A stretch of 64,000 bases of DNA from an uncultured Chloroflexia bacterium (lineage in GTDB: Bacteria > Chloroflexota > Dehalococcoidia > DSTF01 > JACRBR01). Location: positions 2,689,366-2,753,365 of the forward strand of contig OY969567.1 of the NCBI GenBank assembly GCA_963701135.1. The letters are read 5' to 3'. The notes below the pieces were generated by a model. It had not been told where the DNA came from and searched no databases. It saw only the letters and a program-made list of their open reading frames with translations. Shown here one piece after another: positions 30,835 through 41,448 of the stretch; the stretch's first letter is position 1, and each line of letters begins with the position of its first letter. The translations under genes and the position numbers were made by a program.

Positions 30835-31266
30835 GTGGCGCGGCTGTACTTCGAGACTGACGGCGGGGAGGCGTGCCCCGTCGAGTTCGGCGGACCGAGC
30901 GATGTGCTCGTGTACTTCCTGTCGCTCGCGTTCTCGACGCGCTACGGCTCCGTGCACCCGCTGTCGCGTTTCGCGCTGCTGCTGCGCGGCCAGTACAAGA
31001 TCAACATGACGCCGCTCACGACCTTCGCCAGCCGCGACGTGGAGGTGGAGGCCGACCAGATCGAGCTCGACCGCGTCTGGCAGGACGCGCAGCCGCTCGC
31101 CGAGAACGTGCGCGCCGTCGCCGCGGCGCTCGCAAGCGGCGACGCGCGCATCGACGAGCTGACGGCGGAGTCGCCGGACCTGCGCGCGCGGCTCGAAGAC
31201 CTGGGCCGCATGGTGGAGTGGGCGGCGGAGCGCGGGGCGCGCGTGCGGCTGACGTTCGAGCTGTGA
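30835..31266 (+). CDS. Hypothetical protein, translationally coupled to the downstream GT-C glycosyltransferase
   Basis: This 143-aa ORF starts at GTG 30835. An ATG at 30827 is out of frame by 2 nt relative to the truncated copy at 26973. Its stop overlaps the next start (GTGA). Confidence 0.55.
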   Translation: MARLYFETDGGEACPVEFGGPSDVLVYFLSLAFSTRYGSVHPLSRFALLLRGQYKINMTPLTTFASRDVEVEADQIELDRVWQDAQPLAENVRAVAAALASGDARIDELTAESPDLRARLEDLGRMVEWAAERGARVRLTFEL

Positions 31267-32873
31267 TCGCAAGCGCGGCGGACCGCATCGACGCGTACGT
31301 GCGCGCACACCCGTGGGTCATCGATGCGGCGCTGATTGTGCTGGTGACGGCGTGCGCGGCGGCGCTGCGTCTGGCGCTGCTCGGCGGCATACCGTACGGC
31401 GTGCACAGCGACGAGGCGCAGGCCGGCACGGACGCCCATCGCGTCCTGCGCGACGGCTGGATCGGCGTGTACACGCCGGCGGCGCTCGGGCAGCCCGCCG
31501 GTCACGCGTATCTGACGACGCCATCGATCTGGCTGCTGGGCGACACGGCGCTGGCGCTGCGGCTGCCGCTCGCGCTCGTCGGGCTCGCGGCGGTGCCGCT
31601 GCTGTACCTGCTGGTGCGCGTGCTGTCCGAGCGGCTGGAGGCGTTTCTCGCGTCGGCAATGCTGGCGGTGTCGTACTGGCACCTGTTCTACAGCCGCGTC
31701 GCCCACTGGTCGATCTCGTACGGCACGGTGCTGCTCGGCGTGCTGCTCTGTCTCGCGCTCGGCATGCGCACGGAGCGGCGCGCGTGGTTCGCCGCGGCGG
31801 GCGTGCTGCTGGGGCTGGGCGTCTACACCTACAACATCTATCCGATCGCGATCGCGGCGGTCGTCGTGTTCCTCGCGATGATGACGTGGACGCGGTACCG
31901 GCGCGCGCCGCGGCCCTGGCTGGCGTCGCTCGCGCTGATGGCGGGCGCGGCGATCATCGTCATGCTGCCGATAATCTGGTACGTGGCCGACCCGGACGCG
32001 TATTACTGGAAACACGTCAACAACTACTCGGAGGTCGACGTCACGCGCTCGCCCGAGTTCCGGGACGCGGACGCCTGGGGGAAAGTGAAACTCGTCGGCG
32101 CGCAGGTGCGGACGTTCGCGGAGGCGTACACGGCCGACGGCAAGCTCGACAGCGTCAACGGCAACGGGCTGCGGCCGGTGTTCGACGTGCCGACGCTGCT
32201 GCTGCTCGCGGGGGGCATCGTGATCGCCGCGCGGCGGCGGCGCGAGCCGATGGTGATCGCGGCGCTGTGCTGCTTTATCATCATCCCGCTGCCGGCGGTG
32301 CTGCAGCGCGGGTCGATCATGCGCCAGCCCGTGGCCGCGGCGCCGTTCGCGATGTACCTGGCGGCGCTGCCGCTCGCGGCGGCGGTGCGGTGGTCGCGGC
32401 GCCATTCGCCCGGTACGGCAGCGCTCGCCGTGGCGGGCGTGACGTCGATGCTGGCGCTGGTCGCGACGATCACGGTGCACGATTACTTCTGGACGTGGCG
32501 CAAGGATCCGTGGCCGCGCGCGATCTACTTTTCGCAGATGACGTCGGCGAGCGACTACATGCGCGGACTGCCACCGGACACGTACGTGATGTTCTTCAGC
32601 GATCGCGCGCCGTTGCGGCTCGAGACGCGGCAGTACCTGGCGCCGGACGTGCGCGGCGAGGACCGGTCGTACGAGTTCAGCCCGTACGGCGGGATCATCG
32701 ACGTGCCGCGGCACACCGGGGCGACGGCGTTCGTGCTGCTCGGCGAATACCTCTCGCTGCTGCCGTCGATCGAGGCGCGCTACCCCGGCGGCCGGCCGCG
32801 CATGTTCGAGCGCGACGGAAAGACGGAGTTCTACGCGTACGAACTCCCGGCCGCGGACGCGCCCGCCCGATGA
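31263..32873 (+). CDS. GT-C fold membrane glycosyltransferase (GT39/ArnT-like)
   Basis: It is 536 aa from GTG 31263. It has about 12 predicted TM segments, an acidic first-loop motif (PYGVHSDEAQAGTD) and a soluble C-terminal domain. Confidence 0.6.
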   Translation: MIASAADRIDAYVRAHPWVIDAALIVLVTACAAALRLALLGGIPYGVHSDEAQAGTDAHRVLRDGWIGVYTPAALGQPAGHAYLTTPSIWLLGDTALALRLPLALVGLAAVPLLYLLVRVLSERLEAFLASAMLAVSYWHLFYSRVAHWSISYGTVLLGVLLCLALGMRTERRAWFAAAGVLLGLGVYTYNIYPIAIAAVVVFLAMMTWTRYRRAPRPWLASLALMAGAAIIVMLPIIWYVADPDAYYWKHVNNYSEVDVTRSPEFRDADAWGKVKLVGAQVRTFAEAYTADGKLDSVNGNGLRPVFDVPTLLLLAGGIVIAARRRREPMVIAALCCFIIIPLPAVLQRGSIMRQPVAAAPFAMYLAALPLAAAVRWSRRHSPGTAALAVAGVTSMLALVATITVHDYFWTWRKDPWPRAIYFSQMTSASDYMRGLPPDTYVMFFSDRAPLRLETRQYLAPDVRGEDRSYEFSPYGGIIDVPRHTGATAFVLLGEYLSLLPSIEARYPGGRPRMFERDGKTEFYAYELPAADAPAR

Positions 32874-34492
32874 CACGCCGGACGCGCGATGCGGCGCGGC
32901 GGTTGTCGGCGTGGTACGGCGAGCGGCCGCTCGCGCTCGATGCCACACTGATCGTTTCGGCGACGCTCGTCGCGGCGGTGCTGCGGCTCGTGAAGCTCGG
33001 CGACATCCCGTACGGCGTCCACCCGGACGAGGCGCAGATCGGCACCGACGCGTTCCGCATCAGCGCCGACAGGTGGATCGGCGTCTACTCCCACGCGGCG
33101 CTCGGCGTGCCGACGCTCAACGCGTACCTGACGTGGCCCGGCATCTGGCTGTTGGGGCACACCGCGTTCTCGCTGCGGCTGCCGCTCGCGCTCGTCGGGC
33201 TCGCGGCCGTGCCGCTGCTGTATGCGCTGGTGCGCGTGTCCTACGGCCGCATCGAGGCGTTCTTTGCGGCGCTGCTGCTCGCGATCTCGTACTGGCACGT
33301 GTTCTACAGCCGCGTGGCGCACTCCTCGATCTCGTACCCGACGGTCATGCTGGCGGCGCTGCTGTGCATCATGCTCGGGCTGCGGCGCGGCCTGCGCTGG
33401 CCGTGGTTCGCGGCGGGCGGCGCGCTGCTGGGGCTCGGCATCTACGCGTACAACGTCGATGCGATCGTGATCGCGGCGGTGGCGGCGTTCCTCGCCATCA
33501 TGACGGCGCTGCGGTGGCGCCGCCGCGAGCCGATGCGGCGATGGAGCGCGGCGATGGCCGTCACGGGCGCGGCGGCGCTCGTCGTCGCGCTGCCGTTCCT
33601 GTGGTACGTCAGCGACCCGGACGCGTACTACTGGAAGCACATCGACGATTATCGCGACACCGGCGTCACGCGGACGCAGGAGTATCGCGACGCCGGCCTC
33701 GGCGGCCGTGTGCGGATCATCGGCGACCAGTTGCGCGACTTCGCGTCGTCGTACGCGTGGGACGGGCACCCGGACATCATCGACGCGAACGGCCTGCGGC
33801 CGATGTTCGACCCGCTGTTCCTGGTGCTGCTCGCCACCGGCGCGGTCATCGCCTACCGCCGGCGCCGCGAGCCGATGGTGATCCTGGCGGTCTGCTGCAT
33901 CGCGATCGTGCCGCTGCCGGCGCTGCTGCAGCGCGGGTCGATGATGCGCGAACCGCTGGGGGCGGCGCCGTTCGTGATGTTCATCGCGGCGCTGCCGCTG
34001 GCGGCGCTGTGGCGCTCGGTGCTCGATGCGGACGCCGACCCCGGCGTGCGGTCGATCGCGGCGGGCCTGGCGGTGGCGTGCGTCGGCATCGTCCTGGAGC
34101 TGACGGTGCGCGACTACTTCTGGACGTGGCGACAGGCGGAGTTGACGCGCTACGTCTACCACTCGGAGATGACGTCGGCGAGCGTGTACATGGCGACGCT
34201 GCCGAAGGACGAGTACGTGTACTTCTACAGCGAGCGCCACCCGTTGTACCTCGAAACGCGGACGTTCCTGGCGCCCGGAGTGGAGGGCGAGGACCGCTCG
34301 CGCGAGTTCAGCGACCGCGGTGCGTCGATCGAAGACATCGACGGCGGCCGGCGGGCCGTGTTCGTGCTGATGGGCGACTACCTGCCGCTGCTGTCCGCGA
34401 TCGAGCAGCGCTACCCGGGCGGCATCGAGCGCAAGGTGACGCGCGGCGGCAGCACGGAGTTCGTGGCGTACGAGGTAGGTGGTAGGGAGTAG
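32870..34492 (+). CDS. GT-C fold membrane glycosyltransferase (GT39/ArnT-like), tandem paralogue
   Basis: It is 540 aa from ATG 32870 (ATGA overlap) and is colinear with the upstream gene (PYGVHPDEAQIGTD, YWHVFYSRVAH, DPDAYYWKH). The last codons, EVGGRE*, lie inside a heptamer array. Confidence 0.6.
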   Translation: MTRRTRDAARRLSAWYGERPLALDATLIVSATLVAAVLRLVKLGDIPYGVHPDEAQIGTDAFRISADRWIGVYSHAALGVPTLNAYLTWPGIWLLGHTAFSLRLPLALVGLAAVPLLYALVRVSYGRIEAFFAALLLAISYWHVFYSRVAHSSISYPTVMLAALLCIMLGLRRGLRWPWFAAGGALLGLGIYAYNVDAIVIAAVAAFLAIMTALRWRRREPMRRWSAAMAVTGAAALVVALPFLWYVSDPDAYYWKHIDDYRDTGVTRTQEYRDAGLGGRVRIIGDQLRDFASSYAWDGHPDIIDANGLRPMFDPLFLVLLATGAVIAYRRRREPMVILAVCCIAIVPLPALLQRGSMMREPLGAAPFVMFIAALPLAALWRSVLDADADPGVRSIAAGLAVACVGIVLELTVRDYFWTWRQAELTRYVYHSEMTSASVYMATLPKDEYVYFYSERHPLYLETRTFLAPGVEGEDRSREFSDRGASIEDIDGGRRAVFVLMGDYLPLLSAIEQRYPGGIERKVTRGGSTEFVAYEVGGRE

Positions 34493-34605
34493 GTTGTAGG
34501 GAGTAGGTTGTAGGTTGTAGAGAACAGCAAACAGCAAACAGCAAGTGCCAACGCCACGTGATGGCGCGGCGGCGGCCCTACAACCTACCCCCTGCCACCT
34601 ACAAC

Positions 34606-34611
<6 letters not shown>
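34476..34611. repeat. Heptamer arrays (GGTTGTA/GGGAGTA; AACAGCA; inverted CTACAAC)
   Basis: The arrays are taggtggtagggagtaggttgtagggagtaggttgtaggttgtagag, then aacagcaaacagcaaacagc, and after a gap ccctacaacctaccccctgccacctacaacctacgg. They overlap the stop codons of both convergent genes. Confidence 0.85.
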
Positions 34612-35892
<1,281 letters not shown>

Positions 35893-36208
35893 CTACGGCC
35901 GCTCGACCGTCTCGCGCAGCCAGTTGCCGTCCGGGAACGGCGCGGTCGGGAAGAACGCGTCGAGCCAGGTGGCGGCCATGGCGGCGGCGCCGTTGCGCAG
36001 GTAGGCGCGGCAGTCGTCCGGCCGTCCGCCACGACGTCGTTTCGACCATGCCGCCGCGCGTCGCCGTCGCGGCGCAGTTCGTGCGAGACGAAGCCGGGCT
36101 GACGCTGTAGGTGCGGCAGCAGCCGCCCGGCGAGCGCCTGGCCTGCGCTTGTCGAACTCCGCCGGCGTCGGTGACGGTGCAGATGCGCGTGAGCGTCGAT
36201 TCGACCAT
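35893..36208 (-). pseudogene. Small ABM/Dabb-like protein, apparently frameshifted
   Basis: ATG 36208 (MVESTLTRICTVTD) and the end LRETVERP* (35893) are in different frames. QRQPGFVSHEL is reminiscent of antibiotic-biosynthesis-monooxygenase-like domains. The assignment is weak. Confidence 0.3.
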
Positions 36209-36525
36209 GGCTGATGGCCTTTCTATCGCCAGTATCGGCAGGTGTAGCTTGCCGCCGCGCGCGCCTGTGGCGCAATAGCGGCGGTAGAGGTAAAGCGGCG
36301 GCCGGGGGCGAGATCGCCACGGGTCCGGCTGCGCCGGGCGTGGACAGCCGGGGGCGGCCGGGCGCGAGCTCGCCCGCCGCTGATCCGGCTGCGCCGGATG
36401 GACAGCCGGGGGCGGCTGTCCTACACGATTCGCGTCTCCAACGTTGCTGCGTGGGGAGAGACAGCACGGGCGGATGCGTCCTCAGGGCCGCATCCGCCCG
36501 CATGTACACGGTATGTATCGGCGCG

Positions 36526-38046
36526 TCAGTGCGGGGCCATCACCTGCTCGGCGGGCACGGGGCGCAGGCCGTCGGCGGTGAACTCCAGGAACAGCGCCTT
36601 ATCCGTCTTCGGCGGGTCGGCCGCGTACGACGCGCGCGGCAGGTCGAACGCGGCGGCGTCGCCGTAGACGGCGCGGGCGACGGACGGCACCCAGGTGTAC
36701 TGCTCCATGGGGTTCGTCCACGGGCCATCGACGATGTAGATGGTCGTGCCGGGCGGGACGCTCTGGTAGTTGGCGGCGCAGCTCGTTGACCAGCAGTTGC
36801 CAGCGGTCGGTCTCGCGTCCGGAGCGCGAGTCCTGCGCGTACGATCTGCCAGCCGTAGAGCGCGGCGACCGTGGCGACGAGCGCGAGGCCGAGCGACGGT
36901 CGCCGGCACGCGCACGAGCCGGTGCGTCCGGCGCACGCGGTCGTACGCGCCGTAGGCGGCGATGGCGGCGAGCGGCGCGAAGAACGCGACGGCGCCGTAC
37001 GTGTAGCGCGACGCGGTCCAGATCTTCACCGGCGCGAACGGCAGCAGCGCGAGCACCATGCCGAGCACGGCGACGCGCGCGAGTGTGCGGGCCGCGGACG
37101 GCGAAGCCGAGCGACGACGGCGGCGAGCATGCCGGCGATCATCCAGCGCACCGCGTCGGGCGTTGAGCGGGATGCTGCGCGCCGGGTACGCGACCCACGA
37201 CAGCGTACACGGCGTAGTTCGTGAGCACGTGGCTTCCCCAGTAGTAGCCATCGAACTTGAGCTGCTCGCAGCGAGCACGACTCGTAGAACGACAGCCATC
37301 CCGCGGCGAGCGCGACGAACGGCGCCGCGTGCAGCACCAGGCGCAGCGGCGCGCGCTGCCATCGCCGCGCGAACAGCGCGTACGCGCCGACGATGACCGG
37401 CGCGTACACGAACGCGCCTTCGTTGGAGAGGAAGCCGAGGGCGAACAGGCCGAACGCCAGCCAGAACGCGCCGGCGTTGCGCTCGCCGTCCTGCGCGTAG
37501 GTGATGATCGCGAGAAGCGACGACAGCATGAAGAGCGTCGCCATGACGTGCGGCAGCGCGGTGATGTAGGTGACGGTGTCGAAGTGCGCGCCCGACACGC
37601 CGAAGATGAGCGCGGCGATCGCGCCGGCGGCCGGCCGCTTCGTCACGCGCGCGACGAGCACGTACATGACGCCGACAGACGACAGGTGCAGGGCGAGGTT
37701 GACGGAGCGCCACGCCATGGCGTTGAGGCCGAAAGCGTTCCACTCGGCCGCGTAGACGAGCGCCGTGAGCGGCCGCCAGTTCGGCACGATGTCCCGCATG
37801 CGGAAGCGTGTCGAGCAGGTACTGCCCCGTGCCGCTGTAGCGGATGCTGCCGGCTACGACGAAGTCATCTCCGTCGAAGAAGTAACGGAGCGTCGGCGCG
37901 TGGACGATGAACGTGATCGCGAGCGCGGCGAGCAGGCCCCAGTGCCGGACGGCGAATCGCCATACGTCGCTGACGATCAGAGACGCGGCGACCCGAGGCC
38001 GACGGAGGGCGAACCCGTCCGCGGTGACGGTGATCGGGTATTTCAC
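36526..38046 (-). pseudogene. GT-C/PMT_2-like polytopic membrane protein, at least 3 frameshifts
   Basis: The N-terminus lies in ORF 36526-38046 (HAPTLRYFFDGDDFVVAGS). A long TM-rich middle lies in ORF 37026-37799. The C-terminal soluble part returns to the first frame (TIYIVDGPWTNPMEQYTWVPS). Confidence 0.5.
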
Positions 38047-38271
38047 TATTCAGTTTTCAGCCAATAAAGAACTGTGGCGGGGGACACCACACCAGGACGT
38101 GGGGCATTGTAAAGGCGATGATCGCTTAGCCGATAGTGATAAGCGGTCAACCTGCCGAGATTTTATGTCGGCTGCGAGGCGAGTATTTAGCGCTTCGGAC
38201 AGGCTCGCTGAAGTCGCGGCACCTGCCCGAAGCAATCACGCGGTCCCGATGCGCTCTTCAGCGCGTGCGGG

Positions 38272-38568
38272 CTACATGCTGTGGATCTCGCGCGACGGCC
38301 GCAACTGCTTGGAGAACAGCGCGAGGTTGAGGAGCGTCGGCGGCCACAGCCCGACGAACAGGCTCAGGTTCCGCTTCCCCATCATCATCAGCAGCGCGGA
38401 GACGATGATCGAGCCGATGACGCCGCCGTAATAGACGTTGGCCGGGATCCCTTCGACCTGCTCCATGGCGCTCTTCGCCTGACCGCGTCCCTGCTCCATC
38501 GCGCCCCTGGCCTGCTCTTCGCCGCGCTCCATCCCCTGGTGCATGCGTTGTTCCGTGTCGTTGACCAT
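38272..38568 (-). CDS. Small membrane protein
   Basis: It starts at ATG 38568 (MVNDTEQRMHQG), preceded by GGAGG. A charged repeat-rich N-terminus is followed by two hydrophobic segments. Confidence 0.5.
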   Translation of the reverse strand: MVNDTEQRMHQGMERGEEQARGAMEQGRGQAKSAMEQVEGIPANVYYGGVIGSIIVSALLMMMGKRNLSLFVGLWPPTLLNLALFSKQLRPSREIHSM

Positions 38569-38652
38569 AGCTGCCTCCGTGAATCTGACGTTCTTCCATG
38601 TCAGTATCACGAGCGGCGGCACAACTCCGCATACGGAAGCCGGCCGAAGGAG

Positions 38653-38677
38653 TAGCTATCAGCTATCAGCTGTCAGG
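38653..38677. repeat. Short heptamer array (GCTATCA/GCTGTCA)
   Basis: tagctatcagctatcagctgtcagg contains the folK stop codon (38666-38668). Confidence 0.7.
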
Positions 38678-39190
38678 CACGGGTTCGCCGCTCGCCCACT
38701 CAGGCCCCGCCACGTGCTCGAGCCCGGCGAAGTCGACGTCCTCCGCGAGCTCGCCGACCGCCTTTCCGAGCACCGGGTGCACGGCCTCCGGCGCGAGCTC
38801 CGCGAGCGGCGCCATGACGAAGTTGCGCCCGGCGAGCAGCGGATGCGGGATCGCGAGATCATCGGCGTCCACGACCGCGTCGCCGTAGAGCAGGATGTCG
38901 ATGTCGATCGGGCGCGGCGACCATCGCGGCGCCGGCCGGCGGCCGATCGCGTGCTCGATCTCCTTCACGAAGCACAAAAGATCGTGCGGCAAAAGGTCCG
39001 TCGCGACCTCGCAGGCGGCATTGAGGTAATCCGGCCCCGGCGGCGCGCCTTCCGGCACCACCGCTTCGGAGCGATAGAGCGACGAGACGGCGATGACGTG
39101 GCATTGCGGCTCGAGCCAGCGGAGCGCGAGCCGCAGATTTTCGCGGCGGTTCCCGACGTTCGACCCGAGCCCCAGGAACACGCGCGCCAT
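38666..39190 (-). CDS. folK: 2-amino-4-hydroxy-6-hydroxymethyldihydropteridine pyrophosphokinase
   Basis: It starts at ATG 39190 (MARVFLGLGSNVGNR). It also has RPIDIDILLYG and PHPLLAGRNFV. An ATGA overlap links it to folP. Confidence 0.85.
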   Translation of the reverse strand: MARVFLGLGSNVGNRRENLRLALRWLEPQCHVIAVSSLYRSEAVVPEGAPPGPDYLNAACEVATDLLPHDLLCFVKEIEHAIGRRPAPRWSPRPIDIDILLYGDAVVDADDLAIPHPLLAGRNFVMAPLAELAPEAVHPVLGKAVGELAEDVDFAGLEHVAGPEWASGEPVPDS

Positions 39191-40071
39191 CACCGCTCCT
39201 CGCGCGGCCAGCCGCGGACGACGGCGTCGGCGACGAGCGCCACCTGCTTCATCGCCGCCACGTCGTGCACCCGCACGATGTCGGCGCCGCCGGCGATCGC
39301 GAGCGCGACGGTGGCGGCGGTGCCGAACGCGCGCTCTTCGACCGCGGCCCCGCCGAGTACGGCGCCGATCGTCGACTTGCGGGACGTGCCGATCAGCAGC
39401 GGCAGGCGCAGCGCTTGCAGCTCGCGAAGCCGCCGCAGCATCTCGATGTTCTGCTCTTCCTTCCAACCGAACCCGAATCCCGGGTCGGCGATCAGCCGCT
39501 CCGGCGGCACGCCCGCCGATTCGGCGATACGCATCGACGCGCGCAAGCCGTCGAGCACGCCGTCGATCACATCGCGCTGCTCGCGGCCGCGCTGGTTGTG
39601 CATGATGACGGCGGGGACGCCGGCCGCGGCGGCGATGCGCGCGAGCGCCGGGTCGCCGCGGAAGCCGTAGATGTCGTTCAGCAGGTGCGCGCCCGCGGCG
39701 AGCGCGGCCTCGGCGACGGCCGGCTTGTACGTATCGACGCTGATCGGCATGCCGGGCAGCTCCGCGTGCAGACGCTCGATCACCGGCACGACGCGCGCGC
39801 ACTCCTCGTCCGGCGCGATCTCGTCGAAGCCGGCCTGGGTCTTGTTCGCGCCAGGCCGCGTCGACTGGCCGCCGACATCGAGGATGTCGGCGCCGTCCGC
39901 CACGAAGCGATGCGCGAGCGCGACGGCGTCCTCGGCACGCGCAACGCCGTCGCCGGAAAACGATTCCGGCGACACGTTGATCACCGCCATGACGTAGGTG
40001 CGCGCGCCCCAGGCGAACGTGCGCGGGCCGATGCGCATCGATGGCGCGGCGAGGTTGCGTTCGGGGTCCAT
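39190..40071 (-). CDS. folP: Dihydropteroate synthase
   Basis: This is an intact 293-aa ORF with VMAVINVSPESFSGDG, DILDVGGQSTRPG, ISVDTYKP and LLIGTSRKS. Confidence 0.9.
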   Translation of the reverse strand: MDPERNLAAPSMRIGPRTFAWGARTYVMAVINVSPESFSGDGVARAEDAVALAHRFVADGADILDVGGQSTRPGANKTQAGFDEIAPDEECARVVPVIERLHAELPGMPISVDTYKPAVAEAALAAGAHLLNDIYGFRGDPALARIAAAAGVPAVIMHNQRGREQRDVIDGVLDGLRASMRIAESAGVPPERLIADPGFGFGWKEEQNIEMLRRLRELQALRLPLLIGTSRKSTIGAVLGGAAVEERAFGTAATVALAIAGGADIVRVHDVAAMKQVALVADAVVRGWPREER

Positions 40072-40116
40072 GGCTCTCCGGCTCTCAGTCCCGCAGGGAG
40101 ATCGTAGCGCGCCGCG

Positions 40117-41100
40117 TCACAGCACGTAGCGCGTGCCGGTGCTCGCCTGCGAGAACGCGTCCGGCATCGCCAGCGAGATCGCGCGCGTCGCCGCGAAGCC
40201 GGTGCAGTGCCCGGGCACGATGATCGTCGGATGGAACTCGGCGAGCGCGGCGACGGTCGGCTCGATGTTCGCGGCGAAGGCCGGGCCGCTGAGGTGGAAG
40301 CCGCCGATGAGCGCGTGCAGCCGCGGCTCGCCCGTCAGCTTCCGCGCGTAGCGGACGATGTTGACGGCGCCGGAGTGGCCGCAGCCGGTGATCACGACGA
40401 GGCCGCGGTCGCGCACGTTCACGATGATCGCCTGGTCGTCGAGGATCAGCGGGTCCGGCTCCCACTCGCCGTGGCGGTGCGCCTGGTGCACGGGGAAGCC
40501 GCGCTCGAAGTCCGTCGTGCGGTCGACCTCGCCGGTGATCAGCACGGAGTCGTCGAGCAGCAGCGACGGCTGGCGGTCTTCGATGACCTCGAAGCCCGCT
40601 GCCTCGATCGCGGCGCGGCTCGACGTCGGCAGCTCGAACGGCGTCGCCTTCGGCGGTGCGATGCGGCGGCGCAACCAGAAGTCCGGGTGCAGCAGCAGCG
40701 GCATGCGGCGCTTGCCGAGCCGCTTCATCAGCCCGTTGAGCCCGCCGACGTGGTCGAAATGGCCGTGGCTCATCGCGATCGCTTCGACGTCCGCGACGTC
40801 GATCTGCAATGCATCGAGGTTGTGCGTGAGTCCGTCGACACTCAGGCCGCCGTCGAACATGAGGTGCCTGGTGCTGCCGGCTTTCGTGACGCTGACGAGC
40901 GCGGAGAAGCCGTGCTCGGCGACGAGCATCTGGGGCAGGCGCGGGTCGAGCAGCAGCGGCGCCTCGACGTTGACGGCCGAGCCGGCGAACGTCGGCCGCT
41001 TGACGTGCGTCTCATCGCGCAGCAGCAGGTCGATCTGGTTGTCGACCAGCACGCGGATCTCGACGCCGTCCACGGGTTCCAGAGAGATGGTCTGACCCAT
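40117..41100 (-). CDS. MBL-fold metallo-hydrolase
   Basis: This is an intact 327-aa ORF with the SHGHFDHVGG metal-binding motif. TGCGHSG and PGHCTG lie downstream. Confidence 0.8.
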   Translation of the reverse strand: MGQTISLEPVDGVEIRVLVDNQIDLLLRDETHVKRPTFAGSAVNVEAPLLLDPRLPQMLVAEHGFSALVSVTKAGSTRHLMFDGGLSVDGLTHNLDALQIDVADVEAIAMSHGHFDHVGGLNGLMKRLGKRRMPLLLHPDFWLRRRIAPPKATPFELPTSSRAAIEAAGFEVIEDRQPSLLLDDSVLITGEVDRTTDFERGFPVHQAHRHGEWEPDPLILDDQAIIVNVRDRGLVVITGCGHSGAVNIVRYARKLTGEPRLHALIGGFHLSGPAFAANIEPTVAALAEFHPTIIVPGHCTGFAATRAISLAMPDAFSQASTGTRYVL

Positions 41101-41127
41101 GGTGGGAGTGTAGGGGACGGAGGGCGG

Positions 41128-41189
41128 AGAACCTAGAACCTGGAACCTAGAACCTGACCGGCTGACAGACTGAGCGACTGACCGACTCC
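41128..41189. repeat. Heptamer arrays (GAACCTA/GAACCTG; then CTGACNG-type)
   Basis: The sequence is gaacctagaacctggaacctagaacctgaccggctgacagactgagcgactgaccgactcc. Confidence 0.8.
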
Positions 41190-41196
41190 TACCCCG

Positions 41197-41436
41197 CTAC
41201 CACACGGCAAAGACGATGGCGTCGGTGTGGTTGGTGGGGTCGAAGAGGGCGACGGCGACTTTGCGGCCGGTCACCATCTCGACGGCGGCGATCGAGCGGC
41301 TGACGGGGACGTTCGTGAGCCAGACCTGGAGCGAGCCGGTGAGTTGCACCGTCGCCAGCCAGTTCACGTTGTCGAACGCCTTGAGCACGCCCTGGTGGAG
41401 TAGTTCGTAGTTCGTGGTTTGTAGTGGGTAGTTCAT
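41197..41436 (-). CDS. Small hypothetical protein, last gene of the phage-like structural run
   Basis: This is a 79-aa ORF. Its first 15 codons (MNYPLQTTNYELLHQ) are encoded by a heptamer array (GTAGTTC units), so the true start may be the internal GTG. Confidence 0.35.
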   Translation of the reverse strand: MNYPLQTTNYELLHQGVLKAFDNVNWLATVQLTGSLQVWLTNVPVSRSIAAVEMVTGRKVAVALFDPTNHTDAIVFAVW

Positions 41437-41448
41437 TGGTCCTCCGTC

